In this document: piece by piece, positions 1 through 8,526 of the stretch
Position numbering within the stretch: the first letter of the stretch is position 1
How the letters are laid out: every line of letters begins with the position of its first letter
Virus record (IMG/VR): IMGVR_UViG_2778261303_000009
Length of the DNA stretch: 37,383 nucleotides
DNA from: a virus
Lineage: Duplodnaviria; Heunggongvirae; Uroviricota; Caudoviricetes
Reading direction: 5' to 3' (one strand)
Notes under the pieces: generated by a model
The model's database searches: none
Told to the model about the DNA's origin: nothing
Seen by the model: the letters and a program-made list of their open reading frames with translations, nothing else
Made by a program: the position numbers and the translations under genes

Positions 1-1053
1 TTACGGGGTAATGCCAACCGCTGCCGCCACTTTGTCGCCACTTGGCAGCGTTGCCAGAGGATTGAAACGGAGCGCCGTTTCCAGATGGTCCGGTGCCAGA
101 TGTGCGTAACGCATAGTCATTTTTATATCGTGGTGTCCGAGAATTTTTTGTAAGGCCAGAATGTTTCCACCCGACATCATGAAATGCGCCGCAAACGTAT
201 GGCGCAGAACGTGTGTCAGTTGACCGCGAGGGAGCACGATAGACGTTTTTTCCATCACGGATAAAAATTGAAAATAGCAGTCTGTGAAGAAATTGAACCC
301 ATCAAGCGCCATGATCTCTTCGTAAAGCTCTTTACTGATAGGGATGCTTCTGTTTTTCTTCCCCTTCGTTCTTACAAAGGTAATTCGGTATTTGGTCACC
401 TGTGAGCGGGTAAGATTTACGGCTTCTCGCCAGCGTGCGCCTGTGCTTAAGCATATTTTGACTACCAGAGCCAGAATTGGGTCCTGACGTTTGCAATCAG
501 CCAGCAGTTCAACAATCTGCTCATGGGTAAGCCATGCCATCTCTTTTTCTGCGATGGTGAATTTTCGCATGTTCTCCAGTGGGTTCGGATACGACCATTC
601 GCCCAGGCGGGATAGTTCGCTAAAAACACTACTTAGATAGCTTTGCTCCAGGTTAATGGTGACCGGGCTGGCTCCTTTCTTCCATTTCTCGCTGAAGTAG
701 ATCTCACCTGTCAGTCGTTTATCTCGATAATGGGCAAACATTTTAGATGTGAGATCGGTTGCAAGGGGATTGCCCAGAGCGTCAACCATCAGCAGCAATT
801 TGTCATAGACATGCTGCCCAGCAGTCAGAGATTTACCATGTAGTTTGAACCATAGCTCAACCACGTCTTTCAGGGTTCGACGATCCACTGATTCGCCCAG
901 CCAGGGCTTTGATTCGGTTTCTTCCATCGTGTGACGCTCAAAAGCAAGAGCTTCGCCTTTGGTGGCGAATTGTTTACGCACACGACGCCCACTACGTCCG
1001 GCGGGGTAACATTCGCAAAGCCATTTTCCTGTGGTGAGTTTTCGTACTGCCAT
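1..1053 (-). CDS. int: Tyrosine integrase, P2/186 family
   Basis: Minus-strand ORF with N-terminus MAVRKLTTGKWLCECYPAGRSGRRVRKQF and C-terminal catalytic region (HVLRHTFAAHF...MRYAHL). ATG at 1051..1053 is preceded by a GGAGGG RBS; the stop codon is bases 1..3 of the window. Confidence 0.9.
   Translation of the reverse strand: MAVRKLTTGKWLCECYPAGRSGRRVRKQFATKGEALAFERHTMEETESKPWLGESVDRRTLKDVVELWFKLHGKSLTAGQHVYDKLLLMVDALGNPLATDLTSKMFAHYRDKRLTGEIYFSEKWKKGASPVTINLEQSYLSSVFSELSRLGEWSYPNPLENMRKFTIAEKEMAWLTHEQIVELLADCKRQDPILALVVKICLSTGARWREAVNLTRSQVTKYRITFVRTKGKKNRSIPISKELYEEIMALDGFNFFTDCYFQFLSVMEKTSIVLPRGQLTHVLRHTFAAHFMMSGGNILALQKILGHHDIKMTMRYAHLAPDHLETALRFNPLATLPSGDKVAAAVGITP
19..40. repeat. Left copy of putative att core (cgctgccgccaCtttgtcgcca), inside the 3' end of int
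   Basis: 22-bp direct repeat with one mismatch to 34529..34550, which lies immediately after the ogr stop codon. Position matches the P2-family arrangement ogr-attP-int. Confidence 0.5.
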
Positions 1054-1239
1054 AAAAAATACCCTCCAGTGGAGAGTATTTTTGCTGTATATATAACCAG
1101 TGTCAATGTATGAAATCTTGCGACCATACATCTCACTGAAGCCATAATGAAGTTGGCTATTTTTTGCTATGTGAGTATGTGACTTTTGCGGTTAGCCTGC
1201 GGCTCATTGTTATATTAGGCGCAGATATAAAAGCAAAAA

Positions 1240-1431
1240 TTATCGCGAGTTTTTAGTACAGATTTTTTTTGATTTACTAATAGTTCCATCATTGCAAACG
1301 AACTTTCCATCGGAGGTACAGTGAGAGACACCTCCCTTTTTCCCAGAACAAGGATAATTTTTAGCATAGGTAGTTAGTGGGTTTAATAACAAAGAGCATG
1401 ATAAAACCACAAAAAATACCTTACCAAGCAT
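1240..1431 (-). CDS. Small secreted lysine/cysteine-rich peptide (hypothetical; possible moron)
   Basis: 63-aa ORF in an AT-rich spacer between int and cI. N-terminal hydrophobic signal-like segment [23 protein letters not shown] followed by a K/C-rich 40-residue tail. No homolog recognised. Confidence 0.35.
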   Translation of the reverse strand: MLGKVFFVVLSCSLLLNPLTTYAKNYPCSGKKGGVSHCTSDGKFVCNDGTISKSKKICTKNSR

Positions 1432-1446
1432 AGTTTCCTCCCGGTA

Positions 1447-2022
1447 TTACCTAACGTACTTAATTGTTAAACTTATAATTTTTCCAATTATTTCAACATC
1501 TTCTATCTTGCACTCGAAGGCTCTGTTTCCACCTTCAACGAAGATTCTTCTACCGGGTAAACGAGTAATGTCGCGGATTGTTATTTCGCCATCAATACTT
1601 ATTACCCATTTACCATCACGTATATCATCAAATTCCTTATCACAAATAAATTCAGAATTATTATCTGTGATTACAAAAAGATTCTTGAATGCCGACGGTA
1701 GAAATTCTCTATCGAAAATATAAAAACCGTCTTCACACAAGGCCCCATCAGATAATACATATTTAGCAACTTCCATAGTATTTGTATTACCTGAAGTTTG
1801 CTTTGAACCATGCCCGGTTGTGAGCCAATTAAGCGAGGTGCCTGTTTCAAGGGCGCACTGGATTACCCATTCTGCTGGGAATGAGTCACGCATGTAGCGT
1901 GTGGCGAGTGTACTTTTAGAGATTCCTAAATGATCGCACAACGCCTGTCGAGTCTTGAATCCATAAGCTTCTACCATGCGCTCTATGGCGCCTCGTCCGC
2001 CTTTCTCCAAATTCATGGTCAC
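1447..2022 (-). CDS. cI: CI-type immunity repressor (phage 186 CI-like)
   Basis: 191-aa ORF divergent from the apl-cII operon and directly upstream of int. N-terminal HTH-like region (AYGFKTRQALCDHLGISKSTLATRYMRDSFPAEWVIQCALETGTSLNWL) resembles 186-type CI. RBS GGAG lies upstream of the ATG at 2022. Confidence 0.8.
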   Translation of the reverse strand: MTMNLEKGGRGAIERMVEAYGFKTRQALCDHLGISKSTLATRYMRDSFPAEWVIQCALETGTSLNWLTTGHGSKQTSGNTNTMEVAKYVLSDGALCEDGFYIFDREFLPSAFKNLFVITDNNSEFICDKEFDDIRDGKWVISIDGEITIRDITRLPGRRIFVEGGNRAFECKIEDVEIIGKIISLTIKYVR

Positions 2023-2040
2023 TCCAAGTGAACTTTTATC

Positions 2041-2069
2041 TTGACGATTTCACTGTGCGATCGTATGTT
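2041..2069 (+). promoter_or_regulatory. Candidate rightward early promoter (pR-like): -35 TTGACG (2041..2046), 17-bp spacer, -10 TATGTT (2064..2069)
   Basis: Sigma70-like hexamers with canonical spacing in the cI/apl divergent region, about 70 bp upstream of the apl ATG. Confidence 0.3.
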
Positions 2070-2141
2070 TATGGTGTTCACAAAATACAAACGATCCGTA
2101 TTCGTCCTGATTAATCATCATTAAACGAGGAATGTTGCATC

Positions 2142-2363
2142 ATGAGACCTAACATTTCAATCACTCTTACCACGCCTCATGTGACTATTGAACGCTATAG
2201 CGAGCTGACAGGGCTATCCATCGATACCATCAATGACATGTTGGCTGATGGACGCCTTATCCGTCACCGTCTGCGCAAAGATAAAAAACGCGAAAAAGTG
2301 ATGATCAACATAGCAGCAATGACCGTTGATGCGCTTTCAGAATGCAATCTAAAACTTAATTAG
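2142..2363 (+). CDS. Apl/Cox-type small HTH regulator/excisionase (first gene of early lytic operon)
   Basis: 73-aa basic ORF with HTH-like segment ([19 protein letters not shown]). RBS GAGGA lies 10 nt upstream. Position between cI and cII as in 186 (apl) and P2 (cox). Confidence 0.55.
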   Translation: MRPNISITLTTPHVTIERYSELTGLSIDTINDMLADGRLIRHRLRKDKKREKVMINIAAMTVDALSECNLKLN

Positions 2364-2395
2364 TTCGATTCTGAAATACATCAGAGGCATTGACC

Positions 2396-2905
2396 ATGTT
2401 TGATTACCAAGTTTCCAAACATCCACATTTTGATGAAGCCTGTCGTGCATTTGCACTGCGCCACAATCTGGTGCAACTGGCAGAACGTGCAGGCATGAAT
2501 GTGCAGATTCTGCGGAACAAGCTGAACCCAGCTCAGCCTCATTTATTAACCGCACCAGAAATCTGGCTGCTTACCGATCTGACTGAAGATTCAACGCTGG
2601 TAGATGGTTTTCTGGCACAGATTCATTGTCTGCCATGTGTACCGATTAATGAGGTGGCAAAAGAGAAACTGCCACATTACGTCATGAGTGCAACCGCAGA
2701 GATCGGGCGTGTTGCTGCAGGTGCGGTGTCTGGCGATGTAAAAACCTGTGCCGGTCGTCGTGATGCTATCAGCAGCATTAACTCTGTAACACGACTGATG
2801 GCGCTGGCGGCTGTTTCATTGCAGGCCCGTTTACAGGCTAATCCTGCGATGGCGAGTGCAGTTGATACCGTGACTGGCCTCGGTGCTTCATTTGGTTTGC
2901 TGTGA
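2396..2905 (+). CDS. cII: CII-type lysogeny establishment regulator (phage 186 CII-like)
   Basis: ORF beginning [49 protein letters not shown]... closely resembles 186 CII as recalled. ATG at 2396 with an upstream AGAGG RBS. Confidence 0.8.
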   Translation: MFDYQVSKHPHFDEACRAFALRHNLVQLAERAGMNVQILRNKLNPAQPHLLTAPEIWLLTDLTEDSTLVDGFLAQIHCLPCVPINEVAKEKLPHYVMSATAEIGRVAAGAVSGDVKTCAGRRDAISSINSVTRLMALAAVSLQARLQANPAMASAVDTVTGLGASFGLL

Positions 2906-2912
2906 GGTGCTT

Positions 2913-3113
2913 ATGCTGACGAAAGAACCATCATTTGCATCGCTGCTGGTTAAACAAAGCCCGGCAATGCATTACGGTCACGGCTGGATCATGGGGGAGG
3001 ATGGTAAACGCTGGCATCCGTGCCGTTCACAAGATGAATTGCTGGCAGAACTATCTACGAAAAAACGGGGGAACAAATGGCTATTGAAGGCGCTGCGGCG
3101 ACTGTTCCATTAA
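2913..3113 (+). CDS. Hypothetical early protein (66 aa)
   Basis: ATG at 2913 preceded by a GAGGTG RBS and in operon context after cII. No recognisable domain. Confidence 0.45.
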   Translation: MLTKEPSFASLLVKQSPAMHYGHGWIMGEDGKRWHPCRSQDELLAELSTKKRGNKWLLKALRRLFH

Positions 3114-3418
3114 GCCCCGGTGAACGCCTGAATGGACTTAATCACATAGCGGAATTAAGGGCGAAAGTTTTTGGCCTGAATATTGAGTCAGAGCTTGAGC
3201 GGTTTATTAAAGATATGCGTGATCCACGGGATATCAATAATGAACAAAATAAACGGGCACTGGCTGCCATATTCTTTATGGCAAAAATTCCAGCTGAACG
3301 TCATAGCATCAGCATTAATGAGCTGACCACTGACGAAAAGCGGGAGCTGATTAAAGCAATGAATCATTTTCGTGCAGTGGTGAGCTTATTTCCCAGACGG
3401 CTAACCATGCCGAATTAA
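3077..3418 (+). CDS. Hypothetical early protein (113 aa)
   Basis: ORF with a GGGGGA RBS upstream, overlapping the end of the preceding ORF, in the early operon. No recognisable domain. Confidence 0.45.
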   Translation: MAIEGAAATVPLSPGERLNGLNHIAELRAKVFGLNIESELERFIKDMRDPRDINNEQNKRALAAIFFMAKIPAERHSISINELTTDEKRELIKAMNHFRAVVSLFPRRLTMPN

Positions 3419-3485
3419 CCAACTAATGAAATTAATGGCGTAAACCCGCCGGGCATCCCTTTATCTAAATTCAGGAGAATTGATT

Positions 3486-3719
3486 ATGCGTAATATTGAT
3501 ACCCTCACGACTAAAACCGGACCGGATGACGCAGGGCTTAATATTTTACTGACAGAGGCTCGTCTGGAAGAACGCCGGGCAAGGGCTGAAGCAATGGCAG
3601 CTCGCCTTGATCGCCTAGCGTGTCATATCACATCCCGCCAGTTAAACCACGTCGAAGCGGCAGAACTCCTGCGTGTGACTGCTGAAGCAATCCAGAACGA
3701 AGCGCAGGAGATCCACTAA
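3486..3719 (+). CDS. Hypothetical early protein (77 aa)
   Basis: ATG at 3486 preceded by an AGGAG RBS (3473..3477). Stop overlaps the next start (TAATG). Confidence 0.45.
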   Translation: MRNIDTLTTKTGPDDAGLNILLTEARLEERRARAEAMAARLDRLACHITSRQLNHVEAAELLRVTAEAIQNEAQEIH

Positions 3720-3946
3720 TGGCTGATGCAATGGATCTCGTACAGCAGCGAGTTGAAGAAGAACGCCAACGTCATATCCGTGCTGCCCGTGCCAAAACGC
3801 CGGGCGTGTCCCGCGTGCTTTGCGTTGAGTGTGAAGCGCCAATTCCGCCAGCACGCCGTCGTGCCATTCCGGGTGTGCAGCTTTGCATTACCTGTCAGGA
3901 AATCGCAGAGCTGAAAGGCAAACATTACAACGGAGGTGCTGTATGA
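3719..3946 (+). CDS. TraR/DksA-family C4 zinc-finger protein
   Basis: 75-aa ORF with CxxC-(17)-CxxC spacing (CVECEAPIPPARRRAIPGVQLCITCQ), typical of phage TraR/DksA-like zinc fingers. Translationally coupled to neighbours. Confidence 0.65.
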   Translation: MADAMDLVQQRVEEERQRHIRAARAKTPGVSRVLCVECEAPIPPARRRAIPGVQLCITCQEIAELKGKHYNGGAV

Positions 3947-4800
3947 GCACCATCCTGAAATGGGCGGGAAATAAAACCGCCATAATGTCCGAACTGAAAA
4001 AGCATCTTCCTGCTGGCCCGCGACTGGTTGAACCTTTCGCGGGTTCCTGTGCAGTGATGATGGAGACGGATTACCCCAGCTATCTTGTTGCGGATATTAA
4101 TCCTGATTTAATCAACCTCTATAAAAAGGTTGCTGCTGATTGTGAGGCGTTTATATCTCGTGCCAGAGCTTTATTTGAGGAAGCAAACAGGGAGGTGGCT
4201 TATTACAACATAAGGCAGGAGTTTAATTACTCCACTGAAATTACTGATTTCATGAAAGCGGTATATTTTCTGTATCTCAATCGTCATGGTTACCGTGGGT
4301 TATGTCGCTATAACAAGAGCGGGTATTTCAACATTCCCTACGGTAATTATAAAAATCCGTATTTCCCTGAAAAAGAAATTCGCGCATTTGCAGAGAAAGC
4401 CCAGCGGGCAACGTTTATCTGCGCCAGCTTTGATGAAACGCTGGCGATGTTGAAGGTGGGGGATGTGGTGTATTGCGATCCGCCTTATGACGGTACGTTT
4501 TCCGGCTATCACACTGATGGCTTCACTGAAGATGACCAGTATCACCTGGCATCCGTTCTTGAACATCGATCATCTGAAGGTCATCCGGTCATTGTTTCTA
4601 ACAGTGACACATCCCTGATTCGTTCGCTGTATCGCAATTTCACTCACCACTACATCAGGGCAAAACGCAGCATCGGCGTGTCGGCTGGCGAGAGTAAATC
4701 TGCAACAGAAATCATTGCTGTTTCCGGGGCGCGCTGCTGGGTGGGATTTGATTATTCGCGTGGCGTGGATAGTTCTGCCGTGTACGGAGTACGTGCATGA
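3943..4800 (+). CDS. dam: DNA adenine methyltransferase (Dam-like, D12-class N6-MTase)
   Basis: N-terminus [11 protein letters not shown] with FAGSCAV SAM-binding motif and catalytic DPPY motif (VYCDPPYDG). GGAGG RBS upstream; stop overlaps the A start (ATGA). Confidence 0.85.
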   Translation: MSTILKWAGNKTAIMSELKKHLPAGPRLVEPFAGSCAVMMETDYPSYLVADINPDLINLYKKVAADCEAFISRARALFEEANREVAYYNIRQEFNYSTEITDFMKAVYFLYLNRHGYRGLCRYNKSGYFNIPYGNYKNPYFPEKEIRAFAEKAQRATFICASFDETLAMLKVGDVVYCDPPYDGTFSGYHTDGFTEDDQYHLASVLEHRSSEGHPVIVSNSDTSLIRSLYRNFTHHYIRAKRSIGVSAGESKSATEIIAVSGARCWVGFDYSRGVDSSAVYGVRA

Positions 4801-7208
4801 GCCATGCCGATATGAACAACTGCTGCGGCTTTAACGAGGCTGCCGCAGCGTTCTCATGGAACAGCCCGAAAAAGGCCATTAACCCTTATCTGGACCCGGC
4901 GGAAGTTGCGCCGGTTTCTGCGCTTTCAAACCTGATCACTCTGTACGCTGCCGATAACGAGCAGGAACAGTTGCGCCGCGAGGCACTGAGTGATCAGGTC
5001 TGGGAGCGTTATTTTTTTAATGAATCACGTGATCCTGTCCAGCACGAAATGGAGCAGGATAAGCTCATTAGCCGGGCAAAGCTGGCGCATGAGCAGCAGC
5101 GTTTTAATCCGGATATGGTCATTCTGGCGGACGTCAACGCCCAGCCTTCCCATATCAGCAAGCCGCTGATGCAACGTATTGAATACTTCAGCAGCCTGGG
5201 CAGGCCAAAGGCTTATTCCCGCTATTTACGTGAGACGATTAAGCCATGTCTGGAACGACTGGAGCATGTACGCGACAGCCAGCTATCTGCATCTTTTCGT
5301 TTTATGGCAAGCCATGTAGGGCTGGACGGCCTGCTGATTCTGCCTGAAATGAGTCAGGATCAGGTGAAACGCCTGTCTACCCTTGTCGCTGCGCATATGA
5401 GCATGTGCCTTGATGCAGCTTGTGGTGATTTGTATGCCACCGATGACGTTAAGCCAGAAGAAATCCGCAAGACATGGGAAAAGGTGGCAGCAGAAACCCT
5501 GCGACTGGATGTTATCCCGCCTGCGTTTGAGCAACTCCGCCGGAAAAGAAACCGCCGTAAACCCGTGCCCTATGAACTCATTCCGGGTTCGCTGGCGCGT
5601 ATGTTGTGCGCCGACTGGTGGTACCGGAAATTATGGAAGATGCGTTGCGAATGGCGGGAAGAGCAGTTGCGTGCTGTTTGCCTGGTCAGCAAAAAAGCAT
5701 CTCCCTATGTCAGCTATGAAGCCGTGATGCATAAACGTGAGCAGCGCCGTAAGTCGCTGGAGTTTTTTCGTTCTCATGAACTGGTGAACGAAGACGGCGA
5801 CACGCTGGACATGGAGGATGTGGTAAACGCCAGCAGCAGCAACCCTGCGCATCGCCGCAATGAGATGATGGCCTGTGTTAAAGGTCTGGAGCTTATCGCG
5901 GAAATGCGCGGTGACTGCGCCGTTTTCTACACCATCACCTGTCCGTCACGTTTCCATTCCACGCTAAATAACGGCAGGCCCAACCCGACCTGGACAAATG
6001 CGACAGTAAGACAAAGCAGTGATTATCTGGTCGGCATGTTTGCTGCATTTCGTAAGGCAATGCATAAAACCGGGCTGCGCTGGTATGGCGTGCGGGTGGC
6101 TGAGCCGCACCATGACGGTACTGTGCACTGGCATCTCATGTGTTTCATGCGCAAAAAAGACCGCCGCGCCATTACTGCATTGTTGCGTAAGTTTGCCATC
6201 CGTGAAGACCGCGAGGAGCTGGGCAATAACACGGGGCCACGCTTTAAGTCTGAGCTGATAAACCCGCGCAAAGGAACGCCGACAAGCTACATCGCGAAAT
6301 ACATCAGTAAGAACATTGACGGACGTGGTCTGGCTGGCGAGATCAGCAAGGAAACGGGTAAATCCCTGCGTGATAACGCCGAATACGTTAATGCCTGGGC
6401 GTCTCTGCATCGTGTTCAGCAGTTCCGCTTCTTTGGTATTCCGGGGCGTCAGGCTTACCGTGAACTTCGCTTGCTGGCTGGTCAGGCGGCAAGGCAACAG
6501 GGTGACAAAAAAGCAGGTGCGCCAGTACTGGATAACCCGCGCCTTGATGCCATTCTGGCTGCTGCTGATGCTGGCTGTTTTGCCACCTACATTATGAAGC
6601 AGGGCGGTGTACTGGTTCCCCGTAAATATCACCTCATCAGAACCGCTTATGAAATCAACGAAGAGCCGACCGCCTATGGCGATCACGGTATTCGTATTTA
6701 TGGCATCTGGTCACCCATTGCAGAGGGCAAGATCTGCACTCATGCGGTGAAGTGGAAAATGGTTCGTAAGGCCGTTGACGTTCAGGAGGCGGCAGCCGAC
6801 CAGGGCGCTTGCGCCCCTTGGACTCGTGGCAATAACTGTCCCCTTGCTGAAAATTTGAACCAACAGGAGAAAGATAAATCAGCTGATGGGGACACCAGAA
6901 CGGACATTACCCGCATGGATGACAAGGAGTTGCACGATTACCTGCACAGTATGAGCAAAAAAGAGCGCCGGGAACTGGCTGCAAGGTTACGTCAGGTGAA
7001 ACCGAAACGGCGTAAAGACTACAAACAGCGAATTACAGACCATCAGCGACAGCAGCTCGTCTATGAACTGAAGTCCAGGGGATTTGATGGCAGCGAGAAA
7101 GAAGTCGATTTGCTCCTTCGCGGTGGCAGTATTCCGTCAGGAGCAGGCCTGCGTATCTTCTATCGGAACCAGCGTTTGCAGGAAGATGATAAGTGGCGAA
7201 ACCTGTAG
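4797..7208 (+). CDS. A: Replication initiation endonuclease (P2 gpA / rolling-circle Rep family)
   Basis: 803-aa ORF with an HUH-like motif (TVHWHLMCF) and a double-tyrosine active-site motif ([10 protein letters not shown]) characteristic of P2 A-type replication proteins. Confidence 0.9.
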   Translation: MSHADMNNCCGFNEAAAAFSWNSPKKAINPYLDPAEVAPVSALSNLITLYAADNEQEQLRREALSDQVWERYFFNESRDPVQHEMEQDKLISRAKLAHEQQRFNPDMVILADVNAQPSHISKPLMQRIEYFSSLGRPKAYSRYLRETIKPCLERLEHVRDSQLSASFRFMASHVGLDGLLILPEMSQDQVKRLSTLVAAHMSMCLDAACGDLYATDDVKPEEIRKTWEKVAAETLRLDVIPPAFEQLRRKRNRRKPVPYELIPGSLARMLCADWWYRKLWKMRCEWREEQLRAVCLVSKKASPYVSYEAVMHKREQRRKSLEFFRSHELVNEDGDTLDMEDVVNASSSNPAHRRNEMMACVKGLELIAEMRGDCAVFYTITCPSRFHSTLNNGRPNPTWTNATVRQSSDYLVGMFAAFRKAMHKTGLRWYGVRVAEPHHDGTVHWHLMCFMRKKDRRAITALLRKFAIREDREELGNNTGPRFKSELINPRKGTPTSYIAKYISKNIDGRGLAGEISKETGKSLRDNAEYVNAWASLHRVQQFRFFGIPGRQAYRELRLLAGQAARQQGDKKAGAPVLDNPRLDAILAAADAGCFATYIMKQGGVLVPRKYHLIRTAYEINEEPTAYGDHGIRIYGIWSPIAEGKICTHAVKWKMVRKAVDVQEAAADQGACAPWTRGNNCPLAENLNQQEKDKSADGDTRTDITRMDDKELHDYLHSMSKKERRELAARLRQVKPKRRKDYKQRITDHQRQQLVYELKSRGFDGSEKEVDLLLRGGSIPSGAGLRIFYRNQRLQEDDKWRNL

Positions 7209-7303
7209 TGATTACGCTGGTTAACAATTTCTGCTCTTAATAATACCAGGCCTATCAGGCTGATGAACGTAAAAAAACGTTTTACATCAGTAAGATTATT
7301 ATA

Positions 7304-7323
7304 TACTGTAAATATAAACAGTG
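7304..7323 (+). promoter_or_regulatory. LexA (SOS) box TACTGTAAATATAAACAGTG
   Basis: Perfect CTGT-N8-ACAG palindrome with AT-rich centre, about 40 bp upstream of a strong RBS (AGGAGG 7355..7360) and the ATG at 7365. Confidence 0.6.
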
Positions 7324-7364
7324 GTTATGTATACAGTATTGCTTGTAGTGTCATAGGAGGAAAG

Positions 7365-7553
7365 ATGCAGGACTATTTTTTGGAGTCTTTGAAGCTCCAG
7401 CGCATTGATTTTTTTCTTAAGCTTGTAGCGGCCAGTGAGTGTAGTGATGAAGAGAAGAGACTGGCTATCCAGTGGGTTTCTGAGCTGACTGACGAGTTGA
7501 TGGCGAAAATTCGTAACTATGAATACAGCCGTACAATGGACGCTACCAGCTAG
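7365..7553 (+). CDS. SOS-regulated small protein (possible Tum-like antirepressor N-terminal part)
   Basis: 62-aa ORF, ATG at 7365 behind an AGGAGG RBS and the LexA box. Position after gene A corresponds to the LexA-controlled tum region of phage 186. Upstream in-frame extension to 7263 lacks an RBS. Confidence 0.5.
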   Translation: MQDYFLESLKLQRIDFFLKLVAASECSDEEKRLAIQWVSELTDELMAKIRNYEYSRTMDATS

Positions 7554-7563
7554 GGGAAAACCT

Positions 7564-7793
7564 ATGCGCATTGAAACAATGATCGATAAAGAGCAGTAAA
7601 TTAGCCAGGCGCTGTTAGAAGCCGTTGAATCCGAGCTTTACCGCAACCTGCAGCCTATCTATCCAAAGACAGCAATCCGCATTCGTAAAGGTTCGGCAAA
7701 CGGCGTTGAGCTGAGCGGCTTAAAACTTGATGAAGACAAAAGCGAGTGATGGAAATCATGCAGCATGTTTGGGAAGATGAGAGCTGGTTTTAA
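7564..7793 (+). pseudogene. DinI-family gene disrupted by an in-frame stop and a frameshift
   Basis: MRIETMIDKEQ then TAA at 7597..7599; the same frame continues ISQALLEAVESELYRNLQPIYPKTAIRIRKGSANGVELSGLKLDEDKSE to a stop at 7747. A shifted frame (7749..7793) encodes MEIMQHVWEDESWF, matching the DinI C-terminus (ETWESADDWF). Confidence 0.55.
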
Positions 7794-7816
7794 ATATCGA
7801 TTTAGGGGAAAATCTC

Positions 7817-7842
7817 AACCTCATGCAGTATCGCATGAGGTT
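7817..7842 (+). terminator. Hairpin (10-bp stem aacctcatgc / gcatgaggtt, 6-nt loop) downstream of the tum/dinI-like region
   Basis: Perfect inverted repeat followed by a weak T-rich stretch (cattt); marks the boundary before the AT-rich cargo region. Confidence 0.3.
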
Positions 7843-8010
7843 CATTTAGGCGAAATTTGTGGGAATTTTCTACAAGTTTATGAGCGAATAATTCATTTTT
7901 GATGTGTTAATTTCTTAACAATTTTGGCTTTAATTCTTGTAAAGCAAGACATAACGTTTATGATTGATAAATATAAAAAAATCTGAATAGGCAGGAAAGG
8001 AGTTTAACTC

Positions 8011-8526
8011 ATGCCTGGGTTAGAAAATGCACAGCAAAATCAAGTTGATGAAATCGTTCCAGCAATGCAAATCGCATTGGTCGAAGAAGATATAGAACAA
8101 CCCATCGCTGCCGAATACCTATACAGCCAGCATATAAGTGCGCTTGTGCCACAATGCCCTCCTGCCGAAGCGACAGAGTGCGATAGAGAATGCTGGCGTT
8201 TTACACTGAATCCTATAAGTCACAACTGCTTTTGGCCTCCAAAAAGAAGATCACCGCAGCGAATTGCTTCCGACGATGCGGAGGAGTGTTCTATGTGGGC
8301 GTTGTCTATGTATGAATCAGAGGCCCAGGCTACAAGAGCCTATACCATGTTAGCGAAGAAGATGAAAAATATCAGAAAAGCTATTGGTGATCACCTTGCT
8401 GTGGGTTCAGTAACCTGTAGTGATGGTAAATGTATGCCTGCTAGCAGAACCGGTCACTTTGATTTTCATCCTTATGTGGATGCGGATTTCGTTAACGGGT
8501 TCCAAGTAATACGAGCATTACCATGA
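8011..8526 (+). CDS. Cargo protein 1 (171 aa, no recognised domain)
   Basis: ATG at 8011 behind an AAGGAG RBS, after an AT-rich promoter-like spacer. First gene of a co-directional three-gene block; stop overlaps the next start (ATGA). Confidence 0.6.
   Translation: MPGLENAQQNQVDEIVPAMQIALVEEDIEQPIAAEYLYSQHISALVPQCPPAEATECDRECWRFTLNPISHNCFWPPKRRSPQRIASDDAEECSMWALSMYESEAQATRAYTMLAKKMKNIRKAIGDHLAVGSVTCSDGKCMPASRTGHFDFHPYVDADFVNGFQVIRALP

Noticed and set aside
5964-6686. 240-aa minus-strand ORF inside replication gene A
   Set aside because: Entirely embedded antisense to a well-supported gene, with no RBS or recognisable features.
7263-7364. Upstream in-frame extension of the SOS-regulated small ORF
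   Set aside because: It would place the LexA box inside the coding sequence and lacks an RBS. The ATG at 7365 has a strong AGGAGG.
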